DNA from: the human T2T-CHM13v2.0 reference genome, Homo sapiens
Length of the DNA stretch: 64,000 bases
Reading direction: 5' to 3' (one strand)
NCBI RefSeq assembly: GCF_009914755.1
Contig: NC_060929.1
In this document: piece by piece, positions 29,236 to 43,260 of the stretch
Layout: every line of letters begins with the position of its first letter
How positions within the stretch are numbered: position 1 is the first letter of the stretch
The notes under the pieces: model-generated
Database searches by the model: none
What the model saw: the letters and a program-made list of their open reading frames with translations, nothing else
What the model was told of the DNA's origin: nothing
Position numbers and translations under genes: made by a program

Positions 29236-30155
29236 TTTTAGTTCGTGATACAATAAAAGAGGGTAATATAGTCATGCATGAGGTAGGGATAGAGCAACAT
29301 CAGGGGAGAGGGCCACTCACTATGCAGGGCCCCTCACACGCATTCTCTCGTGTCAGCTCTCTAGCCCCAGGAAGGTGATGTTGTCACTGTCATTTTACAG
29401 ACAAGGAAAAGGAGAACTACTACCATTAAGAACCTCATTCCAAGCCAGCATTCCCTATGCTCCTTTTAGCACAACAGAGCATCAGACAAGCACCATCATG
29501 ATTTTGCCATGTTCACATACCTCCGCTAGTTCTTAAGTTTCTCCTTTAAATCAAATCATGTTTTAATGTATATAAATTTATCTTTAAAGGAAGCATTATA
29601 GAACTACTGTAAATGGAAAGATGATATCTTTGTAATACACAGAAAAATACACAGCTCTTCAATTTGTTCAGCACTTGCCTCTGTACCACTTCAGCGCTAT
29701 CTATGCAGCCCACACGCTCTGAGAAAGGTTGACCTAGGCCGACAAGTGGAGCCGGCTGGAGCCTGATGCTCTTCCTCTCACAAGACACTGCCCTTCTAGA
29801 CCAAGATGGCAGCAAGGATCACATGGACCCATTTCGCCAGCTTACCACATCCCAGGCCCAGTGGAATCTTCACCTTCCAAGGATCTTGTCTTTATCAGAA
29901 TTAACTCTGAAAGCAGAAGAGCAGCCACCAGGAACTGTGCTACATGCTTTCTTTACAAACAATGCCTCATTGAAGCTTCACCACCTGGAACAAGATGCTA
30001 CTGCTACCTTCTTAGAAAACAGGAAATTAAGACAAGGGGACACCAAAGTTACACAGCTACTAGAGACAGAGACAGAATTCAAACCCAGGTTTCAGGTTTA
30101 CAAGCTTGTGCTCAGTATTTACAATCCCACTCTTTCTTAAGATCATTCCCATCCT

Positions 30156-30253
30156 TTCTGTGCAGCAAACCACTATGGCAGACGTTTACCTATGTAACAA
30201 ACCTGCACATCCTGCACATGTACTCCTGGACTTGTAAAAGTTGAAGAAAAAAA
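30156..30253 (+). mobile_element. Very short (about 98 bp) L1PA 3' end with perfect 17-bp TSD
   Basis: GCAGCAAACCAC.ATGGCA..CGTTTACCTATGTAACAAACCTGCACATCCTGCACATGTA plus A tail. TSD AAGATCATTCCCATCCT at 30139-30155 and 30254-30270; target TT/AAGA. Confidence 0.92.
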
Positions 30254-30408
30254 AAGATCATTCCCATCCTCCCTTTGGCATTCCAAAGCTCTCTGCAGTC
30301 CAAATGTATTCAAGGCTTTACATACTGTTTTGCATTTCTTGTGCTATATCTGCCCCATACACCAAGCTGTGAGCTCCTGGAAGGCGTGGTCCAATTTCAG
30401 TGCTCCCG

Positions 30409-30490
30409 GGCCAGGTGAGGTGGCTCATGCCTGTAATCCCAGCACTTTGGGATGCCAAGGTGGGTGGATCACCTGAGGTCAGGAGTTCAA
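30409..30490 (+). mobile_element. Alu left-arm 5' fragment without poly(A)
   Basis: GGCCAGG...GGATCACCTGAGGTCAGGAGTTCAA then an abrupt end; flanked by TTCA(G/A)TGCTCCC. Confidence 0.9.
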
Positions 30491-30499
30491 TGCTCCCAG

Positions 30500-30730
30500 C
30501 GGACTATAGGGGCTATGAAAGCAAGTATCTCTTCTGTCTCATTCACCTGTGTCCCCTTCACATAGTGCTGTGCCTGACAACTATAGTAGGTGCTCAATAA
30601 ATACTTGCTGGTGAATGGATGGATGAAAAGCTATATTGGTATCTACCCAGAAATCTGGTATCCCCAGGACCTAGCACAGTGCCTGACACATAGAAGAATC
30701 TCAGTAAATATTTGTTGAATCAATAAATGA
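30500..30730 (+). mobile_element. Two L2 3' ends
   Basis: TAGTAGGTGCTCAATAAATACTTGCTG and CCTAGCACAGTGCCTGACACATAG...AAATATTTGTTGAAT. Confidence 0.75.
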
Positions 30731-31779
30731 CAGTCCTGTTACTTGAAGATGAAGCAGAACTAAGACTTTGAAATTCTAGTTTCTAGAATTCAAAAGAATA
30801 TGACTTTTAAATGGGACCTCCTTCTGTTAAAAATAAATAAACAAGCTAAAGGAAGGAAGGTAAAGGAAGAAGTTACTCAAGATCAATTTAGATAAACTTA
30901 AATTTTTAAAAGCTTTGGATGTGAAATCACACCTGAGCCCAAATGCAGCCATCTTCTGGGGAACATGCTTCCATGAGTGTGCTTGCTATAATTCCCAGTT
31001 CTTGTGTCAATTCTCCTGAGACTGATGGCACAACTAATTTTAAGTGATTAAATGTGTTCCTGGAATTCTCATGTTCCTTCTGAGTCAAATGAAAAGTGTG
31101 TGCTCAGAGAAGAAACATTTAAAAAGCTACTGTTTAGTGAATGTGGGCACAGGTATCCCGTATTTCTCAGGGTTTGGAAACGAAATATGATGTGAAATGA
31201 ATTGCATGTGAAGAGCATATTAGGTCCTCTGTCAAATCCATCCTTGTTTTATGATGTGATCATCTCAGGGTAACATACTCATCAGCCGCGCTCCACTGAA
31301 ATCACAAATGTAACAATCCCCTTGACAAAATTCTCAAGGACAGAGAGTACTGCCCAGCACAGGGGGAAAACAAATCCTATTTCTCCAAGTCACCAAGTCA
31401 AAAAGATGCAGGATTGTTGCATATTATTTAATGAATTCCCATGGAAAAGCACCTAACTCTATGCTCAGCACATCAAAACAAGTAAAACAGCTCCACATAA
31501 CCAAATTCTGCCCAGGTCTCAAATAATTATTCATATAATATGAGACAATGGAAAAATAGCCTGCATATCTTTTATTCTTTTCTCCCAGCAATCCTTTGGG
31601 GCCTATTGGCAATGGCTAGAAAGTCAAGGCTCAGACAACCAAGCAACTGATCCAAAGTCACACAGCAAGGAGATGACAGAGCTGGGAGGAAAATGCAGCT
31701 TTTTAAACCCCAGCAACTATTTTCCTCGTTTCCTGTGCTTCTCTCACTAACTAACCTGGCTATGCTTAGGACTGGTCCC

Positions 31780-32088
<309 letters not shown>

Positions 32089-33419
32089 TCAAAGCAGGTA
32101 GCCATTTAGGTGGAGTGATTTTTAAAATTTCCCCACTGCCAGAAATGTTTCCTCCAATGGCTTTCCAAGGTTCCTAAAATCGCTGCCCATTTCTCCTCAA
32201 GATTAGGCGCAACTACTAACCTCCCACAGAGTTGTCCTGTATGGGTCTTTAAAAGAGCCCAGGCCTGTCCTTGTTGGTAAACATGTGAGTCAAGATGGTG
32301 CTTCCAGAATCCCAGTGCCCTCATCTGTAAAATTAAGAGTCTGGGTTACATGATCCTGAAAGTCCCTTCCTGCTGGGACATTCTCTGCCATTCTGACCTA
32401 AGGGGACATCTAAGGGGTTTGGCCACCTTTTCCTTGTCCACTTATAAAAGGCCCGATGGCAGAGTAAGGACAAGGGCACTGGCGCCTGAACAGAAATGTT
32501 CCTGCCAGAGGCTGGGATGACAGAGGGCTCGGGGCTGGCACAGCTCCCGCATCTTATGCCATAGCTAATAGGGCTCCCTGCCACTTCCGGCTCCCATCCC
32601 CTTCCCTCTCTTCCCCTCTCCTCACCCTGCCCAGCCAGGCAGGCAAACCACAGGCAGAGAAGCCCTGGCAAGCCTGATCTGTGGTGTCTCTGCTGGCTCT
32701 GTTGATGATTCCACTTAAAGGAACCAGTTGTGTTGGCATCTGGGTCCAGCAAATGTGTTTGGTTGCTTCTAGAATGCCAAAGGGAGCCACTGAAGCTGCT
32801 CTTAACCCCTGCTGCCCCCACAACCCTGCATATCACTGGTTCCCTGTGAACACAGAGAGCAGGAAGAGTGGGAGAGAGACTGACTCAGGAGACAGCTGTA
32901 AGACAGGAGGGCAGAGAAAACTATCGCCCATAGATTTTAGCAGCTTCTGGATCACAGAAACTGATTCCCAGAAGTGGGGTGTGTGTGTGTGTTTGATGAC
33001 TGAAACTCTGATAAACATATGATTCTCAACAATACTCAGCAGTTTATATCTCTAATGTATGTTTGGAAACTAGGGGTTAGATTGAGAATACATTAGAGGC
33101 TGTTAGCAAAACAAACACATGTTTATAGATTTCAACAAGGTGATTTTTAAATAGTTCATTGTTATTTGAAAATACTAATTATTGGCAGTCACTATCTAAA
33201 GATTTTATCTGCATTTTTGCATTTAATCCTTAAAGCATCCTATAATGTTACCATGGCCGTATTGATTGTTTTGTTTGGCAGTTTCATCACATCTATGTTG
33301 ATATCAATGAATAGAAGCTGAGAAGAGACTTGGAAGGGGGATCCTTCTGAGGACAAATTTGAGCTACTCACTTAAAACAGTTAAAGCAAATGGATTTTAT
33401 TTAGTTCAAGGGCCAGCTA

Positions 33420-33909
<490 letters not shown>

Positions 33910-34479
33910 CTAGTGGAAGAACTGGGTTGAGATATCTTAGAGGATTTGGTTGGGAAAGATTCTGAGATTAAGTCTGGGCTCAGTGGGAAAGACTAACATG
34001 ATTGACAGCCAATGCCTGGAAAATTGATTGACAGCCATGTGTACTGGAGAAAGAAGCTTCACCGCATGTCATAAGTATTTATCATCCTTGCTGAAGAATG
34101 AATTCCAGATCCATCCTCCTGAGCAGGACTCCTAAGTATGCCCATACTGACAGTGCTCTGCACAGCTCCAAAAGGGTACCACTCATATAGATTTTGATGT
34201 AAATGGATCCCCCTGAAATGGTACAGTCATAACCTGCACAACGGCACCTGGCAGCCCTACTCCTGTGATGCCTTATGGAAATGAAAACTGTGGCAGGAGG
34301 CAATGAACTGGACTGTAAAGATGGGTCTTTAAAGGGTAGACAGCTCCAAATCGGAAGTAAAGAGTCCTTGGCCCTGCTATTAATGTGTTGTGTGTCCTCA
34401 GGCAAGATCTTTCTCCTTTCTGTATCTGTTTTATAGCCTGTGAAATGACTGTTTTAGACCACAAGATTCCCAAAATCTC

Positions 34480-35150
34480 TGCCAAGAGATTTATCTGGAA
34501 TGTACAGTGGATGTAAGATGAGAAGTAAGGCTGTAACTTTATTTTTTCCAAATACCCAATTAATATATTGATAAAGGTGATATTTCCTTTCCTCACAAAT
34601 GCCTTTATCAACACAGTAATTCTCATACGTGCTGAATCTAGTTTAAATAGTCTATTCTAGTCCAATAATCTGCCAGCCTGACCTTCTGCCAGTAGTACTG
34701 TTTCAACTACAGTTACATTATCAAGCCTTTTAATCTGGTAGGGAAATTCCCTCCACCTACCCTTTTTTTCTGAAAGTTTTTGGTTATTCTTAAGCATTTA
34801 TTCTACCAGAAGCACTTTGGAATCATTTTATTAAATTCCCTCCAAATTCCAGTGATATTTTCAATGGAACAACATTAAATTAATAGGTTAAATTGAGAAG
34901 CATTGACATCCTTACAGTGCTCCCATAAGTGGAATACATCTTTCCGTTTATTCAAGGCCTCTTTTATTCCCCTCAGTAAAGTTTTGTCACTTTCTTCATA
35001 TAGGTCTTGTACGTTCCTTGTTAAAGTTATTCCTGGGCATTGCATATTTGGTTGTTATGGTGAGTAGAATCTGTTTTCTTTTATATTTTACAGCAAATTC
35101 ATGCTGGCATGTAGCAAGCCATTGATTTTATTTTTATAGATGTATTTGTA
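34480..35150 (-). mobile_element. Old L1M fragment
   Basis: GATTTATCTGGAAT...CTAGTCCAATAATCTG...ATTGAGAAGCATTGACATC...TTTCTTCATATAGGTCTTGTAC. Confidence 0.7.
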
Positions 35151-35429
35151 CTACTAGATCTGTCCAGTGTAGTGAGAGCCATGAAAGTGACGAACCTTAA
35201 TCAGAAATAGCCCCTGAGGGAGAGAGAGAGTCAGCAAAGGGGAGCAATGTCCTCACTTCTCTTGTCTCTCTCCCTTCTGCCATACCCCCCACTGAGCAAG
35301 CCCAGCTGGCAGGTTGGGGGGTGGGCAGCCCCCCAGCCATGCAGAGCAGTGCAAGACAGGCCATGGAATGGACTTGGGACAGACAGGCTAAGGACCAGCT
35401 CAGAGTGTCTTCATAAGGACTGTGGATTG

Positions 35430-35720
35430 CTTCTGAAAATTACATCTGCTCTCAAAGAATGAGTACTTAATTCCACCATGATGGTCACAAGAATGTGCAA
35501 ACTGGTTTGAGAAGAATAATGAAAGAGGAGAGAAAATAGTTTTAATTGGACTATGAAAACAAGCTCATGGCCTCCTGAGGTGACTACTCCGAAGGGAAAA
35601 ACCTGCCTATGGATATACTTATTATTATATATTCATTATATTATGTTTTACTATTATACATGTTATAGATATTAGACATATAATATATATGTACTATTTT
35701 TAAGTAGGTACATTAACTTA
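35430..35720 (+). mobile_element. Mariner-like fossil (MARNA-like)
   Basis: GCCTCCTGAGGTGACTACTCCGAAGGG resembles the MARNA 3' region. Confidence 0.35.
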
Positions 35721-35946
35721 TAATTATTTATTATGTAAATTCCAACAAGCTCCCAAAGAGTCAGAGATCAAAGATAATCCATTCTCTTGAAGAACCCAGA
35801 GAAATCTCATTTTCCTCCCTCCTGCCTTCCTCAGAGGATAAAGGCAGAGGGAGAAGTGACGGGTCTTGTCAGCAGGTGCACCCTTCACCCTTTGCTCTTT
35901 CAGCACAGCCAAATAAGTCAAATAGAACCCCACTAGGATCACTACA

Positions 35947-36040
35947 AGAAGAGGAAGGAGGAGGAGGAGGAGGAGGAAGGGGAGGAGAAGGGGGAGGGAG
36001 AGGGGGAGGGGAGGGGGAGGGGAGGGGGACGGGAAGGAGA
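35947..36040. repeat. GA-rich low-complexity tract
   Basis: (GGA)n followed by several GGG/GGGGG runs. Confidence 0.9.
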
Positions 36041-36244
36041 ATTTCTGAATACCAGTATAAATTGATGAACCTGTTATAAGTTATAATTTTAATTTCTGTA
36101 TAGTTCAAATTTCTTATAATTAACCAGATATGTTGCTTTGAGAAAAATCTCAAAAGCCTTCCTGAAAGCTTCTTGAGGGGCTTCTTGTTCATCTCAGCTC
36201 TTCTCAGCATGTAGAAGTAGATGCTCAAAGAATGTTTGCAGTGA

Positions 36245-37068
36245 CAAATAGCCCAATTCAAAAGTAGACAAAGAATAGACATTTCTCCAGAGGAGATATG
36301 CAAATGGCCAACAAGCATAAGAAAAGATACTCAACATTAATAATCATCAGAAAAACTCAAATCAAAACCACAAGATATCACCTCACACCCATTAGGATGG
36401 TCACTATTAAAAAACAATAACAATTGTTAGTGAGGTTGGGGAGAAATTGGAAGCCTTGCACACTGTTGGTGGGATTGTAAAGTGGAACAGCTGCTATGGA
36501 AAATACTAAAAAGCTTCCACAAAAAATTAAAAATGGAACTACCATATGATGCAATAATCCCACTTCTCAGTATATATTAAAGGAATTGAAAACAGTATCT
36601 CCAAAAGATATTTATGCACCCATGTTTGCTGCAGCATTATCCTCAATGTTGTGGAAGCAACCTAAATGTCAGATGAGTGAATAAAGAAAATGTGATATAT
36701 ACACACAATGGAATATTAGCCTTAAAAAGGAAGGAAATTCTGATGCATGCTACAACATGGATGAACCTTGAGGACATTATGCTAAGTTAAATAAGTCAGT
36801 CACAAAAAGGCAAATACAATATGATTTCACTTACATGAGATAAGTAGTTGAATTCATAGAAACAGAGAGTAGAATGGGGCTGGGGGAGGCGGAATGGGGA
36901 GTTGTTGTTCAATGGGTCTGCAGTTTCATTCATGTAAGATGAACAAGTTCTACAGATCTGCTGTACAAAGAAGTCCATAGAGTTAACAATGCTGTAATGT
37001 GTACTTAAAAACTGTTAAAGGGGTAAATAGATGTTATGTATTTTTTAACCACCATTTAAAAAAAAAAA
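36245..37068 (+). mobile_element. L1M (L1MA/MB-like) 3' end with poly(A)
   Basis: AGACATTTCTCCAGAGGAGATATGCAAATGGCCAACAAGCAT...GGATGAACCTTGAGGACATTATGCTAAGT...A tail; degenerate TSD AA(A/G)GAATGTTTG. Confidence 0.9.
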
Positions 37069-40000
37069 AGGAATGTTTGAAATGAGGTGAAGTTGAACCT
37101 ATTCAAAGACAAATGACTGACATGCTAACTCCTGGGGCCCTCCCACTCTTCAAGGCCCCACCCTGGGTGACATTTCCTGTTGCCACATCTTAGTCAACAG
37201 CCCAGTTGATGGTAGAGTCAGTGTTTTTCCCAAGTTTGTGTCTCCCACACAATCCGACATGATGCCTGGCACAAAGCCCTTGCTCAACCGATGTCCATGG
37301 AACAAATGAAAGAGTGGATGTAATGGATCCTCACTTTCCCCATCTATAAAATGTGGAAAACACCTGCCTTTTAAGCAGTGCGTGCAGTGGAGAAATTCCT
37401 CTTCATCCCTTTGCTGGTGGGAGGTGAGAATGTGGGGGTTTTCCTTCCTCCTATGCCTCTGGCGTGTGTCTATTCCCCTCCTGATGAGTCATACAGGAAT
37501 CAGACACTGTCGCTCTCGGACAGAACACGTCAGGTACTTGCTTGGGAGCAGCAGGCCCATGAATCTGTGCTGCATCCCCCGCGGTTACCTAGGGAACTCT
37601 GGGGCACAGCCAGGAAGGGGGACTCTGCAGACAGAGAGGGCTCTGGCCAGTGTCCCCACCTCTGCCTCAACAGCCCGGCAGGACCTTACCATTCTCTAGT
37701 TTGGAACCAGCATCCTGTCCCTCTAGAGGACCCAGGCAAGAGGCCCTGAAAAGCATCAAGGTTCCCACCCCAAATGTTCAAACAGGCAGAAGCAATCAGT
37801 TAGCAAATGACTGCACCAGGAATCAGGGCAGCTGGGACCTGGCCCTGTGTCTTAGTCCTTCCCTGTACCCAGGCAACAATAAGTAAATCCCTCTTCCTTC
37901 CACTCTCTGTCCATGTGAAGCCTAAATGACGCAATATACTAAACTGCTTAGCATAGCCCTGATATCTAGCAAACAATTAATAAAAGCAGCTGTAAATTTA
38001 ACTACTATTTTTGTTATTAGTAGGAGTAGTGGTATATTATCCTCACTATGATCCTCCAAGTGTTATCCCATTTTACAGATGAGGAAACTGGACTCAGTGG
38101 TTAAGTGACTTGCTCAAAGTCCTTTAGCTAAGAATTGGATCCACTGGTAATGGCCAAGTAGCTACTTTAAAGGGTAGAAATTATTCTGGCAACTCCCGTG
38201 GGAGTGTGTGGGAAGGGCGGCCACATTCACTCAGCTCCATTCACACCCAGACAGGCTCTCTTACTGTGGCTGCATAGCAACCAGAACACCTCCAGACCTG
38301 GCTCCAAACCTCACATCCCCTCATCTTCAAATCCCATGTCTTAAGAGCACCTGGGTACTCCTTGGCTCTGATTGGGTCAGGAGTCCTCCCCTAGAGCTGG
38401 AGGGGAGGGTCCGCCTGGGCCCGACAGGTGGAAGACTCAGGGCACAGCTTCCGTTACAAAGGGAGGCTAAAAGTAGGCTGGGGTCCAAACAAAAGTCACC
38501 TGACCTGTACACACACACACCTGTATGTGTGTGTGCACGTGCATGTATGCGTGTGTGTGTGTAAATACTAGAAAGCATTTGCCGAAATGTTAACAACGAT
38601 GTTCTCTTGATAGTGAAATGAGACTGATTTTCTTTTCATTTTGTATGTCTTTCCATAGTTTTGCAATGAGCACAATTTACCTTAATAATTTTTAAAAAGC
38701 TGCTTGCATTTGTTTAGTATTTAAACAATGAAAATAGCATACAGTTATTTTTAAGACTATGGGTCTGGACATTAGAGACCTCAGTTCTGGTTCTGGCTCT
38801 GAGTGACCATGGTCAAGTAACTTGCCTGGCCTCAGTTTCCCCACCTGGGAAATGAGGAAAGGGCTACACAACTTCTACAGTCCCTTCCAGCTCTGATTCT
38901 AAATGCCTCTCTCCTATGAAGGCACAGCACATGAAAAAGTGTGGATAAGCTAGGTTCTAGGAGACCTGCTTTAATTCAAGGAAAGTAGTTGTTCCCAAAA
39001 AGAAATTAATCCTGAATGCAAATGGGTACATTTGTGGAACTGAAAAAGTTTCCTCACAAATCGTGTGTGCTTCCCAGAACCTTAATGGAAGGCACCTCCT
39101 CAATGGAGACCAGGTGGCCTACTCCAGCCCAGAAAAATCTCTCCCTCCCTTAGACGGAAGAAGGATTAGCATTACTGAGTGAGCCTACTATGTGTCAGGC
39201 CCACTCCAAAGTGCATTATACACATTGTCTAATTTAAATTCATAGCACTTGTGATCATCAGTTGTTTGGCAAGTAACAAGATACTGAAGTCTCCTGAAGT
39301 GTTGTTTAACTGCCACACCATTATTGAATGTGAGTCCATTACTCTCTTCCCATAAAGAGCCTTGGGAGAAAGAAATACTTTTAATTCATCCTTGTATGAA
39401 CTTCAGACCCTAACACAGTGCTCAATAAATATCTGCTAATCACTAGAATCTTCCTCCTATCATCAGTGTTTGATGGGCTCCATAGAGTCAAGAATTTGAC
39501 CAGCTCATTGGAGCACACAGCTTTAGTTAAGAAAGTGATGATCTTAGTTAAAACTGAAAGGAGAGGAAGAGGAGCCAACAGATCAAGTCACTATCCAGCG
39601 TTAGCAGGAACCTATCTCTTTGAAGAGTTCATAACATGCACCAGGCCTGTAGGAAATAGGACATTGGTAGAATTTGAGAACAAAAGGTTAGAAAAGGTCA
39701 GATTTGGGGGTTGCTGGAAGCAACAGGAGACCATTGGGATCTTGGGGAGGGGTTATAGTTGAAAGGAAGAGAGGGTTGCAGAGAGGAGAATAGGTTTCTA
39801 ACACAAAATTCACTACAGAAATAGAAAAATTGTGATAGACACATAGACAATCCAACAAAGCAAGCCTCCTCCTACACAATTTTGCATGCTGGAAGCTGAG
39901 GTTGCAGGAATGCAATGGGCATTTGGAATCAAAAAGGCTGGGCCAGAAACAAGAATGATAACTTTAAAATGTCTAAAAAGAGAATGCCATTGAAAGACAA

Positions 40001-40424
40001 AAGTTTCACAAATACTGCTTTATTTTGACTTTCAGTTAAGGCTGAGATCAAACTGTCCTTTTCATTCATTCATTCACTCACTCATCTAATAAATATTTAC
40101 TGAGCACTTACTAACCATTAGACAATGCACTAGTCCCTTGGAGGAACAAAAAGAAACACTGCCCTGCTCTCATTGAGCCTGAAGCCTAGGGAGAGAGACA
40201 GAGTGTGATCAAAGAGTCATATGCAGAAGTATGTAACCACAAACCATAGCAAATGCTATAAAAGAGAGAGAGGTGATTTTCTGGGTGTGGAAAACAAAGG
40301 AACCTTGCCTAGACTGAGTGGGGAGGGGCAGGACAGTCTTCCCTGAGGAAATGACCCTGAGCTGAGGTGTGATGAATGGAGACACTAGGCAAGAATAAAC
40401 TACAGCAAGTGAAAGTCAATGCCA

Positions 40425-40717
40425 TTTTTTTTTTTTTGAGTCAGAGTCTTGCTCTGTCACCCAGACTGGAGTGCAGAGGTGCAATCTTGGCTCACTGCAA
40501 CTTCCGCCTCCCAGGTTCAAGCAGTTCTCCTGTCAGCCTCCCAAATAGCTGGGATTACAGGCACACAGCACCACACCAGGCTAATTTTTGTATTTTTAGT
40601 AGAGATAGGGTTTCGCCACATTGGCTAGGCTGGTCTTGAACTCCTGACCTCAGGTGATCTGCCAGCCTCAGCCTTACAAAGTGCTGGGATTACAGGGGTA
40701 AGCCATCGCACCAACCA
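40425..40717 (-). mobile_element. AluS (antisense) within an L2 fragment
   Basis: Poly(T) followed by the Alu reverse complement; TSD CAATGCCATTTTT. Confidence 0.95.
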
Positions 40718-40800
40718 CAATGCCATTTTTAATGAGCCCAGTGGAGGCAAGACTGGCCAGACTGGCAATCAGAAAACCTGGGTTTAAGACCTGCATCCTA

Positions 40801-40944
40801 TAAGAATCCTCTCTATGAGACATTCAACCAAGTTAAGAACCCTCTCTATAGACATTCAACCAAGTTATGCATATAAGAACCCTCTCTATGAGACATTCAA
40901 CCAAGTTATGTGTATAAGAACCCTCTATATGAAACATTCAACCA
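40801..40944. repeat. Minisatellite, 4 units of about 30-41 bp
   Basis: TAAGAA(C/T)CCTCT(C/A)TATGAGACATTCAACCAAGT with or without a TATGCATA/TATGTGTA spacer; units start at 40801, 40834, 40874 and 40915. Confidence 0.92.
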
Positions 40945-40999
40945 TTTTACAGATGACCTCCATTGGATCATCTGTAAAAGTGGGGATGTTGGACCAAAA

Positions 41000-41180
41000 T
41001 AATGTTTCTCAAAATGTAGTCTTCTGCAATCAAATCATTGGGTTACTTACAAAAATATAAATTCCTGAACCCCATTTCAAACCTGCTGAATCAGGATATC
41101 TAAGGCTGAAGCCCAGGAATCTGCATCTTAAGGCTTGCTCTAGATGACTTTTATTCCCTGTAAAGTTTGAGCATAGCTGG
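41000..41180. mobile_element. MER5 (hAT-Charlie)
   Basis: TTTCTCAAAATGTAGTC...CTGCTGAATCAG...CCCAGGAATCTGCATCTTAA...AAAGTTTGAG. Confidence 0.7.
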
Positions 41181-42498
41181 CTATGCAGACAAACCTTTGC
41201 CTACTCAACACTCTACATTCCTTCCTTTCTAAATTCCAGGCTCTTGATGGAGCAGGACCAAGAAGGGGAAAAGTGAGCAGTTCCCTAGACTGAACAAAGG
41301 AAAATTCTAAAGTTTTTGAGTGGCAACAAAGGGCCAAACTTTCGCACCTGGAGATGATCCATCTGTTTTAAGGAGAAGTTCCCCGGCTTGACTTGAGAGC
41401 TCCAGACTGAATACTCTTTTTTCTTTTCCACTTAGTCCCTGGGATTTAATTGAAAATACAAATTCCCTGGCATTCACTCCCTTCCCTTTGCTTCCTTCTC
41501 TTCATCCCCTTCCCAGAGGACCTGGAAGATGGAGGTTCACACGAGTCCCCCTGCCTTCCCTGCCCTTCTAGGGTATGAATGGCCAGCCTCCAGTGAGATG
41601 ATTTATAGCCTTCGAGCCTCTTTGGTCTGATACACAAGGAAAATTCCTGTTGACACTAACTGTACCAATGGCCATGAATTATATAGTCCAAGGACCTGCC
41701 ACTCCACCTGCTGAACTGAGCTGGGTTTCTCTCCCAATGCACAGCAAGTTCACTGGCCAACTGCCTGCCACACCCCATTCCCCAAGCTCACCAACACCCA
41801 CACCGGCTTGATCTCCAACCTCACTGTGGATAGAAATATTTCCAACAAGCCCTGGCTCTCTGGATATGGCAATTTCAGAAGTTGCCTCTCAAAGGCCAGA
41901 TATATTATTTCTGCCTACCTGATAAGATTCTTGTATTAGAATGAGATAATTCATGTAAAGTATATAACAGATGCCTAGTACACAGAAGTTCTCAACAAAT
42001 GTTAGCTGTTATTATTTGTATTGTTGTTCTTTTACCAGCCGCTGTTTGTTCAGGGCAATTTATGTCAGAAAAAAAAAAATGCATCAGTGACATCATTTGG
42101 CAAGTAAAGCTCTGTAAGGATAGCTGAGAGATTAACAGAGAAAATCTGTACCTAAATACTCCAGATACTGAGAAATCTTTTGTGTGTTTTTAAGATTATA
42201 CAAAAATATCCATAATAACTAACATTTATTGAGAGCTTTCTAGGTGCCAGGCACAGTTCCATTTAATCTTCCCAACAACTCCATGTGGTAAATACTATTA
42301 AAATCCCCATTTTACAGATAAACAGATAGAAGCTTAAATAAATAAAGTAACTTGCCCAAGGTCACAAAGCCAGGAAGTGGCAGGAGCTAGAATTTTATCT
42401 GTCTGGATGAAGCCAGTTTGGTGTTTAATAAGCTACTTCCTTAGGGCTAACTGGCGTTTCTCATGCTGTCTTTGTCTTTGGCATCTATAGCTGTTTGT

Positions 42499-42516
42499 TC
42501 TCTCTCTCTCTCTCTG

Positions 42517-42551
<35 letters not shown>
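42499..42551. repeat. (CT)n-(CA)n compound microsatellite
   Basis: Visible directly in the sequence. Confidence 0.92.
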
Positions 42552-42555
<4 letters not shown>

Positions 42556-42882
42556 TGGTTGCCATCATGGGACCAATAATTTTTGCCCTCCTTAAAGACA
42601 ATTATTGAATCAGGTCTCCCACCCTTCTTGGAAGAGTTAAGGCAGGATCCTGACATAAACTCACTTAAGGTTCCCCAGGAAGTGTTAGGAGGAGAGATTC
42701 AATCCTCAGACCTCACCATGGAGACAGGCACATATTTGTGTTGTGCACACAGCCCAGCACAACTTCTGCCTCTCTGGACTGCCTGTGCTCTAATCCCATT
42801 TCTGAGTAATTTTGGACAAGTTAATGAATCTCTCTTATCTTCAGTTTTCTCACCTGTAAATTGGAGCTAACGGTATCAACCA

Positions 42883-43260
42883 CGCTATGGTTTGAATATG
42901 GTTTATTTGGCCCCATCAAGTCTCATGTTGAAATTCGATCCCCCAGTGTTGAAAGTGGGGCCTGGTGGGAGGTGTTCGGATTGTGAGGGAGGATCCCTTA
43001 TGAATGGCTTGGTGCCATTCTTGCAGGAGTGAGTGAGAGCTTGTTGTTCAAAAGAGCCTGGCACGTCCTCCTCTTTCTTCCTCTTTCCCCACGTGATGCC
43101 AGCTTCCCTTCCCCTTCCACTATGGAGTGGAAGTAGCCTGAGTCCCTCACCAGAAGCAGATGCCTGTACCATGTTTCTTGTACAGCCCCAATAAGCCTTT
43201 CTTCTTTATAGACTATCCAGCTTCATGTACTCCTTTACAGCAGTGCAAGCGATTAAGACA
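42883..43260 (+). mobile_element. MST-family MaLR solo LTR (MSTB-like) inserted in a MIR
   Basis: CGCTATGGTTTGAATATG...CCCTCACCAGAAGCAGATGC...TAAGACA; TSD AACCA/TACCA; MIR halves on both sides. Confidence 0.88.

Noticed and set aside
40801-40944. Repeat-spacer-like array (CRISPR-like)
   Set aside because: Eukaryotic context, spacers are 0-8 nt and not unique, and there are no cas genes; it is a minisatellite.
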